A stretch of DNA of 64,000 bases from Octopus bimaculoides (taxonomy: Eukaryota): positions 3,761,057-3,825,056 of the forward strand of contig NC_068998.1 in the NCBI RefSeq assembly GCF_001194135.2, given 5' to 3'. The notes under the pieces are model-generated. The model had not been told where the DNA came from. It did no database searches and saw only the letters and a list, made by a program, of their open reading frames with translations. This document shows positions 24,000 to 36,964 of this stretch, piece after piece. Both the position numbers and the translations under genes were made by a program. Each line of letters opens with the position of its first letter. Within the stretch, counting starts at the first letter, position 1.

Positions 24000-25709
24000 G
24001 GTAAAATTCTGTCTCCGTCTCTCTCTCTATCTCTCTCTCTCTTTCTCTCTCTATCTTTCTCTCTCTATCTCTCTCTCTCTCTCGTGTTTCTCTCTCTCTC
24101 TCTGACTTTTTCTGTCACTCCGTCTCTCTCACACTTTTCCCTGTCTCTCTTTCTCTTCCCCCTCTCTCTCACCACTGACACACCCACTCTCTCTCCCTCT
24201 CTCTCTCTCTCTCTCCCCTCTTGATTCTCTCTTCCTCTCTGACACCATCTCTCTCCCTTGATAACCTCTCTCTTTTCCCTGTCTCCCTCTTTCAACTCTG
24301 TCTCACTCAGTCCATTCTGTCTCCCTCTCTCCCCCTTCCGTCTCTCTCCCCGTTCCGTCCCGTTCTCTACGCTCCTGTCTCTCTCCTTCTTCCGTCTTTC
24401 TCTACTCCCATCTTTCTCGCTCTCTTCTCGTCTCTTTCCTCCCGTGTCTCCCTATCTCTTCTTCCCGTTCCCCGTCCCCATCTTGTCTCACCCTTCTCTC
24501 TCTCATCTCTCCCCTCTTTCTCTCGTCTCCCCTCTTCCTACAGTATTTTCTTCTCTACCCTCCCGATTCTCTCTCACTCCACCTGTGCCTCTGTCTCTCT
24601 CCTGTGACCTCTGTCCCTTGTGACCTCTCTCCTCTGTGACCTCTCTCCCCTCTCTCTTTATCATGTCTCTCTCTTCTCCATCTCTCTCTCTTTCCCCTGT
24701 CACTATCTCTCTTTTTCTCCTCTTCTCTCTTCCTTCTCTCTCTCACTCTCTTGCTTTCTCCTCAGTCTCTCCCACTCATTCGTCTCTCCATCTCCCTCTT
24801 GCATCTCTCAATTTTTCTCTCCTGCATCTCCCAGTCTCTCTATCATGCGGCTCTCCAGCTCTCTCTCTCTCTCTCTCTCTCTCTTGCATCTCTCCAGCTC
24901 TGTCTCTCTCTTGCATCTCTCCAGCTCTGTCTCTCTCTTGCATCTCTCCAGCTCTGTCTCTCTCTTGCATCTCTCCAGCTCTGTCTCTCTCTTGCATCTC
25001 TCCAGCTCTTTCTCTCATATGTCTCTCTAGCTCTTTCTCTCATGTGTCTCTCTAGCTCTTTCTCTCATGTATCTCTCTCTCTCTCTCCCAGTGTCTTTCT
25101 CTCTCTTTCCCTTCGGCGTCTTTCTCTCTCCCCTACGTCTTTCTCTTTCCCGTGTCTTTCTCTATCTCTTTTCCTGCTGTGTCTTTCCCCTTCTCTTGCA
25201 CGCGTCTAACGCTGCTCTGTCTCTCTCTCTATCTATCTAGCTCATCTCTCTCATCTTTCCCTCTCACACCTCTCTCTCTCACACCTCTCTCTCACCTCTG
25301 TCTCTCACACCTCTCTCTCACTAATCTCTTTCTCCAATTCTCTCTCTTGCTAACCATCACTCTCTCTTCAACCCACCTCTCTGTCTCTCTTCCTTTCTCT
25401 CTGTCTCTCTTCCTTTCTCTCTGTCTCTCTTCCTTTCTCTCTGTCTCTCTCTTACATCTCTCTCTCTCTCTCACACGTCTCTCCCTCTCTTGCGTCTCTC
25501 TTACTTCTCTCTCTCTTACTTCTCTCTCTCTCTTACTTCTCTCTCTCTTACTTCTCTCTCTCTCTTACTTCTCTCTCTCTCTCTCGTCACCCCTCTCTTA
25601 TCACTCGCCCCATCTCTTATTGCTTTCCCCTATTCTTACCACTCTCCCGTCTCTTTCTCTCTTCTCTCTCTCTCTCTCTCTTATCTCTCTGTTTCTCCCT
25701 CTTTTATCT
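24000..25709. repeat. 1.7-kb polypyrimidine tract including a 27-bp tandem repeat (ttgcatctctccagctctgtctctctc x~5, about 24884-25010)
   Basis: Almost pure C/T on the plus strand. The 9-aa repeats in the ORF track reflect the 27-bp unit. Confidence 0.9.
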
Positions 25710-27769
25710 NNNNNNNNNNNNNNNNNNNNNNNNNNNNNNNNNNNNNNNNNNNNNNNNNNNNNNNNNNNNNNNNNNNNNNNNNNNNNNNNNNNNNNNNNNN
25801 NNNNNNNNNNNNNNNNNNNNNNNNNNNNNNNNNNNNNNNNNNNNNNNNNNNNNNNNNNNNNNNNNNNNNNNNNNNNNNNNNNNNNNNNNNNNNNNNNNNN
25901 NNNNNNNNNNNNNNNNNNNNNNNNNNNNNNNNNNNNNNNNNNNNNNNNNNNNNNNNNNNNNNNNNNNNNNNNNNNNNNNNNNNNNNNNNNNNNNNNNNNN
26001 NNNNNNNNNNNNNNNNNNNNNNNNNNNNNNNNNNNNNNNNNNNNNNNNNNNNNNNNNNNNNNNNNNNNNNNNNNNNNNNNNNNNNNNNNNNNNNNNNNNN
26101 NNNNNNNNNNNNNNNNNNNNNNNNNNNNNNNNNNNNNNNNNNNNNNNNNNNNNNNNNNNNNNNNNNNNNNNNNNNNNNNNNNNNNNNNNNNNNNNNNNNN
26201 NNNNNNNNNNNNNNNNNNNNNNNNNNNNNNNNNNNNNNNNNNNNNNNNNNNNNNNNNNNNNNNNNNNNNNNNNNNNNNNNNNNNNNNNNNNNNNNNNNNN
26301 NNNNNNNNNNNNNNNNNNNNNNNNNNNNNNNNNNNNNNNNNNNNNNNNNNNNNNNNNNNNNNNNNNNNNNNNNNNNNNNNNNNNNNNNNNNNNNNNNNNN
26401 NNNNNNNNNNNNNNNNNNNNNNNNNNNNNNNNNNNNNNNNNNNNNNNNNNNNNNNNNNNNNNNNNNNNNNNNNNNNNNNNNNNNNNNTTGAAGTTGTGAT
26501 GATACAAGGTCGACCTCTGAGTGATTGAACTTGCCCTAGTCCGTTGTGTTTTACTTTTTCTCTTTTACGGTGAATTCCTTTGTAGTTCTCTTGTGCCACA
26601 TTTTCAGTATATATACACAATCGGCCCATCTGGATTATTTCCCTTAAATTCTATTTTTTAAAACTATCATTTTAATTAATATGGGTTAAATATTTTCCGT
26701 GGTTTTTTATCGGTAAGGAAAAATATTCATCAGCTGATCAGGTAAGTTTCTACAGGTGATGCTATGCTGATGAGGTCCATTAGATTAAAGCATATCCATA
26801 GTTATTTCCCTTGTTTAGCAAACAAGATCAGACTATACATTAAGTATGTAAAATCACTTTCACAGATTAAATCAAAATTGCTTCAAATTATCTCCCTTTT
26901 AAGAATGGCTCACAGTTATCGAAGGTTTTTTTTCTTTTTTCTTTTTGAAGTCCGGCTAAAAGAGAAATTAAAGGTGCTTGTACAACCTTTCATCTCGCAA
27001 TCCTGCGGTTTGGGGTTCAAACCTACTTTCCAGTACCTTGGGTTAGTGTCTTCCTCTATAGCCCCGTGCCAGAAACTTTGTTGAAGACTGTTGTGCATGT
27101 GTATGCATATAGATGTATATAGGTGTGTATATGTGTGTGTGTATGTATACATGTATGTGTGCATGTACATGTATGTGTGTATGTATACATGTATGTGTGT
27201 GCATGTACATGTGTGTATATATGCATGCATATGTCTTTATGCATGCATGTGTATGTATGTATGTATGTATGTATGTATCTATGTATATATGCGTCTTCGT
27301 GTTTGACCTCATCATCACTTGACAACCAGTGTACGTTTGTTTACATTCTTGTAACTTGACGGTTCACCCATATCTATCATTACCAATTTTAATTGTATAT
27401 TAGTATGACGAAAGACTTCAATACTATCAGTTTTGAATTGGTTTCAGCAAGGATTTTAATCTGGCATCAATATTTACCAATATTACTCTATTAATTTCAA
27501 TCACAACACAACGTAAATCAGAAGAACTGAAAATTAATTTAATTACAAAGCCTCACTGTGAGTTAATTAATAATGTAAACGCATTCTTCGTTAATTAATA
27601 ATGTAAACGCATTATTCGATTGATGTGTGGGGAAAAAGAAGGAAAGAGTCCGACAGGTGGATCCCTTCTTCATTTTTTAAGCACATGAATATCATGAATA
27701 AAATGCTTACATTTTTATTTAATTCACTGAGAAGCTTTATGATGATTGAAAATATTTAAGTTAATTGGT

Positions 27770-28107
27770 AACATCGACCTCAGCCTGCAGCTGGTACTAA
27801 CTTCATCGATCCCGAAACGGTGAAAGAGCAAAGTGGAACTTGACGGTATTTGAACTTGGACCCTAAGGACGAATGAAATGCCACTAATAATGGTATAAAC
27901 TTTTGGCACAAAGCCAGCAATTTCGGGGGAGAGATGTAAGTCGATTACATCAACTCCAGAGTTCAACTGGTACTTTTGTTATCGACCTCGGAAAGGTGAA
28001 AGGTAAAGTCGACCTTGAGGGAATTTGAACTCAGAATGTGAAGACGGACGAAATGCCGCTAAGCGTTTTATCCGGCGTGCTAACGATTCTGCCAGTTCGC
28101 CGCCCTC

Positions 28108-28145
<38 letters not shown>

Positions 28146-28332
28146 CCTTTCTGCTAAAGGCACAAGGCCTGAAATCTTGGGAGAGGGGATTACATCGACC
28201 CCAGTGTTTCACTGGTACTTAATTTATCGACCCCCAAGGAATTATAGGCAAAAATCAACACCAGCGGAATTTGAACTCGGAACGTAAAGACGGACGAAAT
28301 GTCACTAAGCATTTTTACCGGCGTGCTTACGA
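27770..28332 (-). mobile_element. Three head-to-tail SINE family A copies, with (ATA)12 between the second and third
   Basis: Copies at about 27770-27885, 27891-28107 and 28145-28332. The last copy's head is cut where the R4-like LINE begins. Confidence 0.85.
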
Positions 28333-28333
28333 T

Positions 28334-28860
28334 GATATAGGCACACGCCAGAAAAGGTCACAAAAAATGACAAAACAACAATACTATGGAATATGCCAAT
28401 GCACACAGATAGAGAAAATAAGGCCAATAGGCCAGACATAGTTGTCAGAGATCATGAAGAAAAAATGCTTTCTAATTGATGTATCAATACCAACAGATGA
28501 CAACGTTTCCCTAAAAGAAATGAAGAACCCTTCAAAATACAAAGACCTGGAAATAGAGGTAACTCGAATGTGGAGTCTAAAAAGTAAAACAATTCCTTAA
28601 TGGGCGCATTAGTTTGATTTAAAAAATATTCAGACAAATACATCGCACAAATACCAGGACTTACAAATATATATAACATACAGAAAATAGCACCACTAGG
28701 CACTGCACACATCCTACGTAAAATGTTTTCAATACAGTAACTATAGGAGCACCACAAGAAACTACAGCACATACCCAAGGCACACAGAGCTACACTCGGT
28801 GGTGCAGTGAAAGCACGCTATAAAAATAAGACTAGTGAATAATAATAATAATAATAATAA
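28334..28860 (+). mobile_element. 5'-truncated R4/Dong-clade non-LTR retrotransposon (RLE domain, 3' UTR, (AAT)n tail)
   Basis: Translation YRHTPEKVTKNDKTTILWNMPMHTDRENKANRPDIVVRDHEEK/CFLIDVSIPTDDNVSLKEMKNPSKYKDLEIEVTRMWSL...IQKIAPLGTAHILRKMFSIQ* (stop at 28738-28740). It carries the RPD..D..KY restriction-like endonuclease motif and ends in (AAT)7. Confidence 0.85.
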
Positions 28861-29322
28861 ACAACTAGCAAACATTGAAAACAACATGAATAAAATAAAA
28901 GATAAAAAAATATATTTAAACAACCTGCAGGGGTGAATAACGGTTTGGCATAGAAAAGGAGACATTTATAATGTTTGGAGTGAAGAATTGGGGAGGGGAG
29001 AAGCAGATTGTAATGCTAAATATATAAATTAAATAAAGAAGAATGGTAAATAATTGAAGCCTGCTGCTTCCATGCTACGAATAGGAAATGCGAATCGATG
29101 GTTGGCAAATACGGTAAATATTGTGGAAGGAAACTGTTTTAAAAAGATTAGCACTTGATTATCTGTTAGTCAATGATGTTTTAAACGAACTCCGTGCTCA
29201 ATTCTTTCCTTCTTTTTTCTTTCTTTCTTTCTTTCTTTCTTTCTCTGCTGTTGTTAAATGTTTGCATCTAACACAGAAACTTAATTGAAATTTATTTTAA
29301 TGAAATGAGCACTCTCTCTCTC

Positions 29323-29365
<43 letters not shown>

Positions 29366-29508
29366 CGAGAGAGAGAATGATTGCATTCTCTATTAGTTGT
29401 CTCTCCTTTTAGCCATCGTTATATTTTATTTTGTTCTTGAAAACATTAGTTCAATTCATATTAGTTGAGCCCCTAAGTAAGGAAATTTGCAATTGAAAAA
29501 TATATATA

Positions 29509-29627
29509 TAGGCGCAGGAGTGGTTGTGTGGTAAGTAGCTTGCTTACCAACCACATGGTTTCGGGTTCAGTCCCACTGCGTGGCACCTTGGGCAAGTGTC
29601 TTCTACTATAGCCTCGGGCCGACCAAA
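29509..29627 (+). mobile_element. SINE family B 5' half, abruptly truncated
   Basis: ataggcgcaggagtggttgtgtggtaagtagc...cgggccgaccaaa followed by unrelated sequence. Confidence 0.85.
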
Positions 29628-31084
29628 CTGTTAAGGGTAAGAGTACGATATTTAACTCCACCGCTGCAAGCGTAAATGTTGTAAACTTCGAAACCATTAT
29701 ACACGTACAGCAAGAGGTAATACAACGTACAACATCACGCAAAACACAGTGCGAAACTGGTGAAGAAAACCTTAGCAGACAATACCTGTATACTAAACAA
29801 CATTTCTCTAAAAAGAAGATTAATGACAGCAGCAACACTCAGAACAGTACAATGCTAAAATAAAATATGCAAACACATTCAGAATATGAAGGTTTGGTTC
29901 TCACCGGAACTGAATTTAGCAACTGATTGCAGTTGGTGGTGAAGGTTCTGACGTAATTTAATCTGAAGATCAAGACATTTACGATCAAATACTTTGGGGG
30001 AAACCCTGGATGTATGGGTTCGAGATGCTATGTTTCACGCAGCGATTAGTCGTCGTTGCTGTCATTGAAAAACAGGTGAGTCTTGTTCAAATTGATTTAT
30101 AATTAAAGGTATTCCAGTTGAGGTTATCCGTTTTTTTTCTTTTCAGGTTTTGTGTATCTAGTACTACATTATCCAGTGTGTCTTTTTTATATTTATAGTT
30201 GGAACTTCAGGATTAGTGTCAATAATCTTTGTAGGCCTTACTACATGATAATATTGATGTGGGTAACGTCGGGAACCAAGATCTTCAGGTGAATACCTGT
30301 AGAGAAAACGGGGGGTCTAGGAAAGAAAAAGTGATTTCCTCTTAATGTTTGCTACAGAGTAAATTCTGCAACAGATATCAAAGAAACAAGTAGCAATTTT
30401 AAACTGGATAACATGTTCGGCCTATAATCTTTTTTTCAAAGACATTAGTGTGGTTTGGGGATGAATTTAGCTATTTTCAGCAGAATGAGCAAGCATGTAC
30501 TGGCTCTGTCAGTGGTTTTAGCTGCGGCGTTTTGTTGTTTAACACCAGGTCAGTCTTGATAGAGCAAACATATTATGAAAGAGGTTCCCGCCATGACCAT
30601 CCTGTTCCATTTTAAGGATTACATTGTCCAATGTATCTTTTCTTGCAATGTTCGCTTGAGAATAGAATATTCCCAATGTTCCATCTGGGAATATTCTATT
30701 TGGCAAAGTTTGATCCAGGTTGTTATCCATTCCGATTTGATATGACCGGAAGATGTTGGCTAAGGAAACGATCAGACTGGACTGTGATCAGATCTTCGAA
30801 GTTTTTATTATCACCAAGATACAATTCCAAATCGTTCCAGTCACGACCATCTCACCTTATTTTCAGACAATGTATCCACATCTGTATTATGTATCCTCAG
30901 GTGTGATTTGAAAGAAAGTTGGTTGCTACATCTAGCTGGTCAGACTGGTGATTATGTCGAGGTTTTAGTGACGTGTCTTAAGATAGTGTGTTGCCCTGTT
31001 TTTGGTATGTTTTGTGATAAGTTGTAAGAACATGTGATTTTATAACTTTGTTCCACTGAGAGAATGGTGTTTCTCGGTGATCTC

Positions 31085-31310
31085 CGTAAACACGTAATTT
31101 GTCGAGCACGTAAATTGATGAATACCTAATTTGACTCAAGAATTAAGGTTTGGAACACGTAAGTTGCTGGAGACACAAATTGTCGAACGCGTCATTTGTA
31201 GAACACGCAAATTATTGAAAAACTTGTCGAACACGTAAGTTATCGAACACGTAAGTTACCGAACGCGTAAGTTATTCAACACGTAAGTTATCAGATACGT
31301 CAGTTGTTGG
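31085..31310. repeat. 16-bp minisatellite, consensus (t)cgaacacgtaagttg/a, about 14 units
   Basis: CACGTA-type cores at 31091, 31107, 31123, 31156, 31172, 31188, 31204, 31232, 31248, 31264, 31280 and 31296. Confidence 0.85.
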
Positions 31311-32334
31311 AAGTTGTTCCATAATCTTTGTAATTAAAAAAAAAAAAACATATATATATTATTGAAGGTTTGTATTTGTAATTAATAAAAGAGATGAGAA
31401 AGAAGCGGAAAATGGAAAGAAGGTATGTGGTAAAATTATTTCATAAAAAAATAAAATGAATAAAAAATAAAAAAGGAAATAAAGTGTTAAATAATAAAAG
31501 AAATAAATGTTAGAATTTAAGAGAAAATAAATGAATTTAAATAAACAAATGGAAAGAAAGAAAGAAGGAAATTTACAAACGAAATGGAAAGGTAGAAATG
31601 AAAATTATGGAAGGTGAAAACGGAAGTGATTTGTGTTACTGGAAAAGGAGAGAAAGCAACAAATAAATAAACAAGGAACAAACAGCTCTAAGGAAATGAA
31701 TAAAAGAAAGAAAGAAAAAAGAACCAAGAACAAAAAAGAGAAATACAGAAATGAATCAGAGAAATAAAATGAAAATCAACGAGTAAGAAATACGTTTGAA
31801 TGAAAGTAAAGTCAGATAAGATGGACAGGCGGTTGAAAGTAACATCGAATTGTAAAATAGAGAATTATAAAATAGTCAAGTGAGTACAAAAATATGAATT
31901 ATACCGAAAAATAGGAAAAATTAGGAAAGTACGAGTTTGTAGGGAGGTATATCTAACCTGAAAGTTCATAGGATGTCACAGGGAAGAGGCGAGACTATGA
32001 GGAGCCCTTTGTGGCGGTTCGCATAGTTAGGTAATATATTCGCAAAGTTCATATTCGAATCTATGTCTCTGTCTGTCTCTTTCTTTCTCTCTCTCTCTCT
32101 CTCTCATGCACACTGAATATGGTCACACAAGCAAAGGATAAACATGCAGTTTTCAATGGCATCAAAGTATTCACAAAATAGTTATACAGAAGTGAGTATA
32201 TATATATATATATATATACATACATACATACATACATACATAGAGAGAGAATAGAATTTTATCCACTAATGCTGTGTTGAGCACTCATTCTCCTTGTTCG
32301 ACATTTACGTATATCTATCTATCTATATACATAA

Positions 32335-32570
32335 TGTGTGTGTATGTATGACTTTGTGTCTGAGTTTGTCCCACCATCACTTCTTGACAACCGGTGTTAT
32401 TTTGTTTACGTCTCCGTAACTCAAGTGCTTCGGTCAAAAACCCTGATAGAATAAGTACCAGGCTTAAAAAGCAAATTAGAAACTGGGGTTTCTATTGGTT
32501 CGACTAAAATTCCTCAAGACAGTGCCCCAGCATGGGCGTAGTCGGACTGAACCGAGTAAAGAAAAAAAAA
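32335..32570 (+). mobile_element. SINE family B 3' half
   Basis: ccaccatcacttcttgacaaccggtg...gatagaataagtaccaggc...gtgccccagcatgggcgtagtc. Confidence 0.7.
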
Positions 32571-32624
32571 GCAATAAGAAACTGAGATGCTTATGCAAAT
32601 AAATGAAATGAGTAAATAGCTTGT

Positions 32625-32840
32625 ATTTCTTTATTGTCCGCGGGGGCGTAAACATAAAGGAGACAAGGGATTAAGTCGATTACATCGACCCCAGTGCGTA
32701 ACTGGTATTCATTTAATCGACCCCGAAAGGATGAAAGGCTAAATCGACCACGGCGGAATTTGAACTCAGAACGTAGCGGCAGACGAAATATCGGTAAGCA
32801 TTTCGCCTGGCGTGCTAACGATTCTGCCAGCTCTCTGCTT
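32625..32840 (-). mobile_element. SINE family A with a third tail type
   Basis: Family A body preceded on the plus strand by ttcttattgtccgcgggggcgtaaacataaaggagacaag. Confidence 0.85.
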
Positions 32841-34776
32841 TAAAATGAGTAAATAATGATAGATATATTAAATAGGAATAAAGCAAAGACAGTGAAGAGA
32901 AGAGATGGAGGAAGCAATGGTAAAGACGATAAAGAGGAGATAAGTGGGTAAAGACAAGGAGTTGATAAGAAAACAAAGGGGTTAAGGGCGATGAGGAATG
33001 AACGAAAGGGTTAAAGATATTAACCCTTTCACTGTCTTGTGTATTACGTGACTCACGGCACATATTTCCCTGGCGTCCATATTTCGTATATTTTTCTTTT
33101 CTTTTTTTCATCCACCAGAGTAACTTGGTTCTTGTGAAAGAAAGGATATTTATGTTGCTCAGAACGTTTGCAGCAGGGGTTAATTAAAAGTCTGAAAACA
33201 TTCATTGGACGTTTAGGGAGAAACTTATGAAAATGTTTTGGACGGGCGAGGAGTTTAAGTGGGGAATGAGAGATGGATGAAAGAAGCAAAGATAATGAAA
33301 AAAATGATTGGGGAATAAAATGGTATGATATGGAGATGGTAGGCGAATGAAAGAGTTAAAGACAAGGAGGAATTGAGGAAGAAAGGGAAAAGGAGGAAAA
33401 AATAAAGGGAAATAAAACGTTTAAAGGGGGATAAAGCAAGAAGCAAATATGGTGTAAAAAGATGAAAATTAAATAGGAATTTGAATATAAGAAATGAAAA
33501 ATAGTGGAAAGAAAATTTAGAAAAAGAAATGGATAATACGATTGAATGAGTTGAATCAGTTATATTGAGGAAATTAATGGGAGATCTACTGCTGATCAAA
33601 GGAATGAGGGGATTAGTGATTAAATGAGCGAATGAATATATTAATGGTTGATATAAGGAATCGATGGATCAGTGGATTAATGTAGGAATCGATGGATCAA
33701 TATTTTAATAAAGAACTTGATGGATTAGTGTTAGAATAAAAGAGTTAATTGATCAATGATGGAATGAATAAATCGCGCTGAAATCGGTTCAGTGGGGAGA
33801 TCTATGGTTCAGTGATTGATGAAGGAATCAATAAGTTAGTGATTGAAGAGATCAGTTGATCGATTGTTGATTTAAAACGTGAGGAGTGGATTCGGCGGAT
33901 AAATAGTTTGAGGAAATGAACAATTTAATGATGAGGATGGATCAAACACTGAATGAATCTGTATATCAATTTGTCCATCTATCAATCAAATCGATAATAA
34001 ATGGCTGAATAATTCCACGAAATGCAATTTCAATAGAGCTCTAGATCAATCAATCACAAACATAATCGATGAGGTAATCAATCAGTGTAGTAGTAACTAC
34101 AGCAATATATTACTTTATGAATCGATGAATCATTATGATCGAATTCCTAAGGTTAATCGATCAAGGATACTCTAGTCAATCAGTATCTGAAATAATGAAC
34201 AAATCACCTTTGTAATCGATGGATCGATCTATCAGTTTCTGAATCAATCAATCACTGGAGGGAATGGTAAAATCGATCAGCTGCTAATGTATCACTTGAT
34301 CTTCGATAAAATATTAGAAATCAAAGAAAAAATATGAAATAAAAGTTTGAGAGAGAGAGAGAAAACAGACGTTAGAGAGGGAAATTGTGGAAGAGTCGTG
34401 GTGGGAGGTGAAGGGAAAGAAAGAAGAAAAGGATAGAGAAAGGAATAAAAGTGATGGAGAGGGGAAGTAGTGAAATAAGTTATGAAATGAGGGGTGGGGT
34501 AAGATTTGATAAGATGGGGTTAGAGGGATAAAGGATAGAAAGTGACGTAAAAAGTTATGGAGATAGAGAAAGAAAAAAAAAAGTGTTTAGAGCAGAATAT
34601 ATAGTGGTAGAGGTGGTGGCTTTGGTGTGAAAGTAGTAGTGATGGCGCGAATGAAGTTGTAATGTTGGTGGTTTTAAAGCGGGGGATAAATTGCAGAATA
34701 AGTATCCTTCAAATACTGTAGATTAGTCTTCAAGAGATTTCATTCCCCCTTCAAACACACGTATGAAAATGTGTGC

Positions 34777-34830
<54 letters not shown>

Positions 34831-35627
34831 CGAAGGCCCAGAAACAACAAGTCAGAGACGCTCTCCTTTATCGTCTGACTCGTCCATCAATAATAAAACG
34901 GTATGTTTTTATTGCGGCATCAGCGTCAACCAGTGACGAACTCACGGTTAGTTAAAATACATGTGTGACATATAACTTCTAAAGGTAAATTATCTCTTAG
35001 GGTGAAAGGTGTAAAAGACACCACACCTGCCTTTAGAAGTTGAAATATGCCACAAACATATTTTGACTAACCTAAAGTTCGTTCATTCCTAATCACTGCG
35101 TGGCGCTGATGCTGTTACATTTATCCCGACAAGGCTGTCTACTAGCATGGCTCAGTCACTGATGTTGGGTAGCTTTTTTTTTTAGTTAAAAATACTACTC
35201 GGGGTTATCTCTCTTTGGTATTTCCCATTAAGGAATGGCAAAGAGCCATAAAACACGCGTCTAGGAATCAGGTAGAGAAAAGCACTGTCTTGATATGATG
35301 TTTTACACTATTTGCCATAAGAGGGAATTTTTTTCTTCGTGGCAACTGCGGTGAATATTTCTATATTCTGAGTTCAAATTTCAACAGGGTTTATTAATAC
35401 CTCTCATGGTTGTAAGATCTTTCAGATTACTAAATACCAGTAATTCACGGGCGGTAGGGTCGGTCTTTAATAAACTATAATCTTCTTCTACATTTACTAA
35501 AATTAGTCTTGTGCCAAGACAAAAGAAATAATTACTCAATATTTGTATTTATTTTATTTCTAGTTTTACCGTTTTTTCTCTCTCTTTATTTGTGCTTAGA
35601 ACTGTTTGATCTGAGAAAAAGAGAGTG

Positions 35628-35668
<41 letters not shown>

Positions 35669-36178
35669 GTGTATTTGCGTTCTAAAATATTATTATTCTA
35701 TAATAGACCCCTTTTCTGACGGCAGTAGTATTTGATTATTTTAGCTTGCTCACTTCCTGGAGATCACATGACTTCTGCCCTCCATGTTTAATGAGCAAAC
35801 CCACTTTCCGGCAGTGACCAAGCTTCCATTCTTTTACGTTCGTTAGCCTCTCTTTCTCTCTCTCTCATTCTCCCTCTCTCGCTCGATTCCAACGGAAACT
35901 TTCAACGTAGTCTGCAATTAGAATCACAGTTTTCTTCTGCCGATTCTCTATTATTTAGCAATTAAAACACGATTTCGAGCGCGATGATTAATAATGGCGC
36001 TCTTATAGAAAAATTATCCTTTGCGTAAGAAAGTAGCAATTAACGTATTGTATTCTGAAATATTTCATTTCATTGTAATTGGTAATATTTTTAATATATT
36101 TCAATAATATTGTTAATAGATTATTATCATTATTATTATTATGTTTCTTAACGATATTTTCATAAGGCAATCATACAC

Positions 36179-36223
<45 letters not shown>

Positions 36224-36734
36224 CACGTGGGAGAGTCTTGTTGGTCATCTAATATTTTTCGCCGCTTTTATCCAATAATTTGTTTCTGTTTTTCTTTTCC
36301 ACTTTCTTTTCTTTTCTTTTTAAAAAGTAAATAAAATCAAATTTAGGTCTTTCGAGGTTCCTCTTCAACCAAATCACTCTTCCCACTCCTACTTGTTTGC
36401 CCTAATCTCTTCTCTCTATCTCTCTCTCTCTCTCTCTCTCCACTTTTCTTTTGTTTCTCCAAGGTTAACTTGGAATTAAACAACAACAATAGTTAACATG
36501 TTTATTTTAAAACAATCTCCACTCACATGCACGGTGAACAGCGAGTTAGCGACCATTGTGTGTCCTGAAGTTATGAACAAAAGCTTCGAACTCTTATCAA
36601 ATTCATTGATCCGGTGTACCTTTTACTGAGAAGACACAACGGTGTCAAAACACCGGGTGTCCTAAAGTCCTCTCCCTCCAACGACAACTATGCAAACTAC
36701 CATATTCAATAACAATGGAGCCATTGCGCACCTT

Positions 36735-36882
36735 CAATTCAAATTCCACCGAGGTTGACTTTGTCTTTCCTCTTTTCGGGATCGATAAAATAAGTACCAG
36801 TTGAGAACTGGAGTCGATGTTATCGACTACTCCCTGAAATCGCTCCCCTAAAATCGCTGACTTTGTGCCAAAATTTGAAACC
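36735..36882 (+). mobile_element. SINE family A, 5'-truncated
   Basis: ttcaaattccaccgaggttgactttgtc...ctttgtgccaaaatttgaaacc. Confidence 0.85.
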
Positions 36883-36908
36883 AATATTGCAATCGCCACG
36901 AATTTTAC

Positions 36909-36964
36909 TTCTGGTTCCAGCTTTTCTTGTTGTTGAACTTCAAGTGACCCTTGGTCGACCAACT
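36909..36964 (-). CDS. Candidate coding exon (56 bp): SWSTKGHLKFNNKKSWNQ(N) if phase 0-2, or (E)LVDQGSLEVQQQEKLEPE if phase 1-0
   Basis: Acceptor ttttttcatcatag| and donor CAGAA|gtaaaa. The phase-2 end is compatible with the exon at 16599-16694. Reading frame is ambiguous. Confidence 0.4.

Noticed and set aside
29633-29862. About 76 stop-free codons after a truncated SINE, also open on the opposite strand
   Set aside because: There is no start codon, splice site or recognisable motif. The length is compatible with chance.
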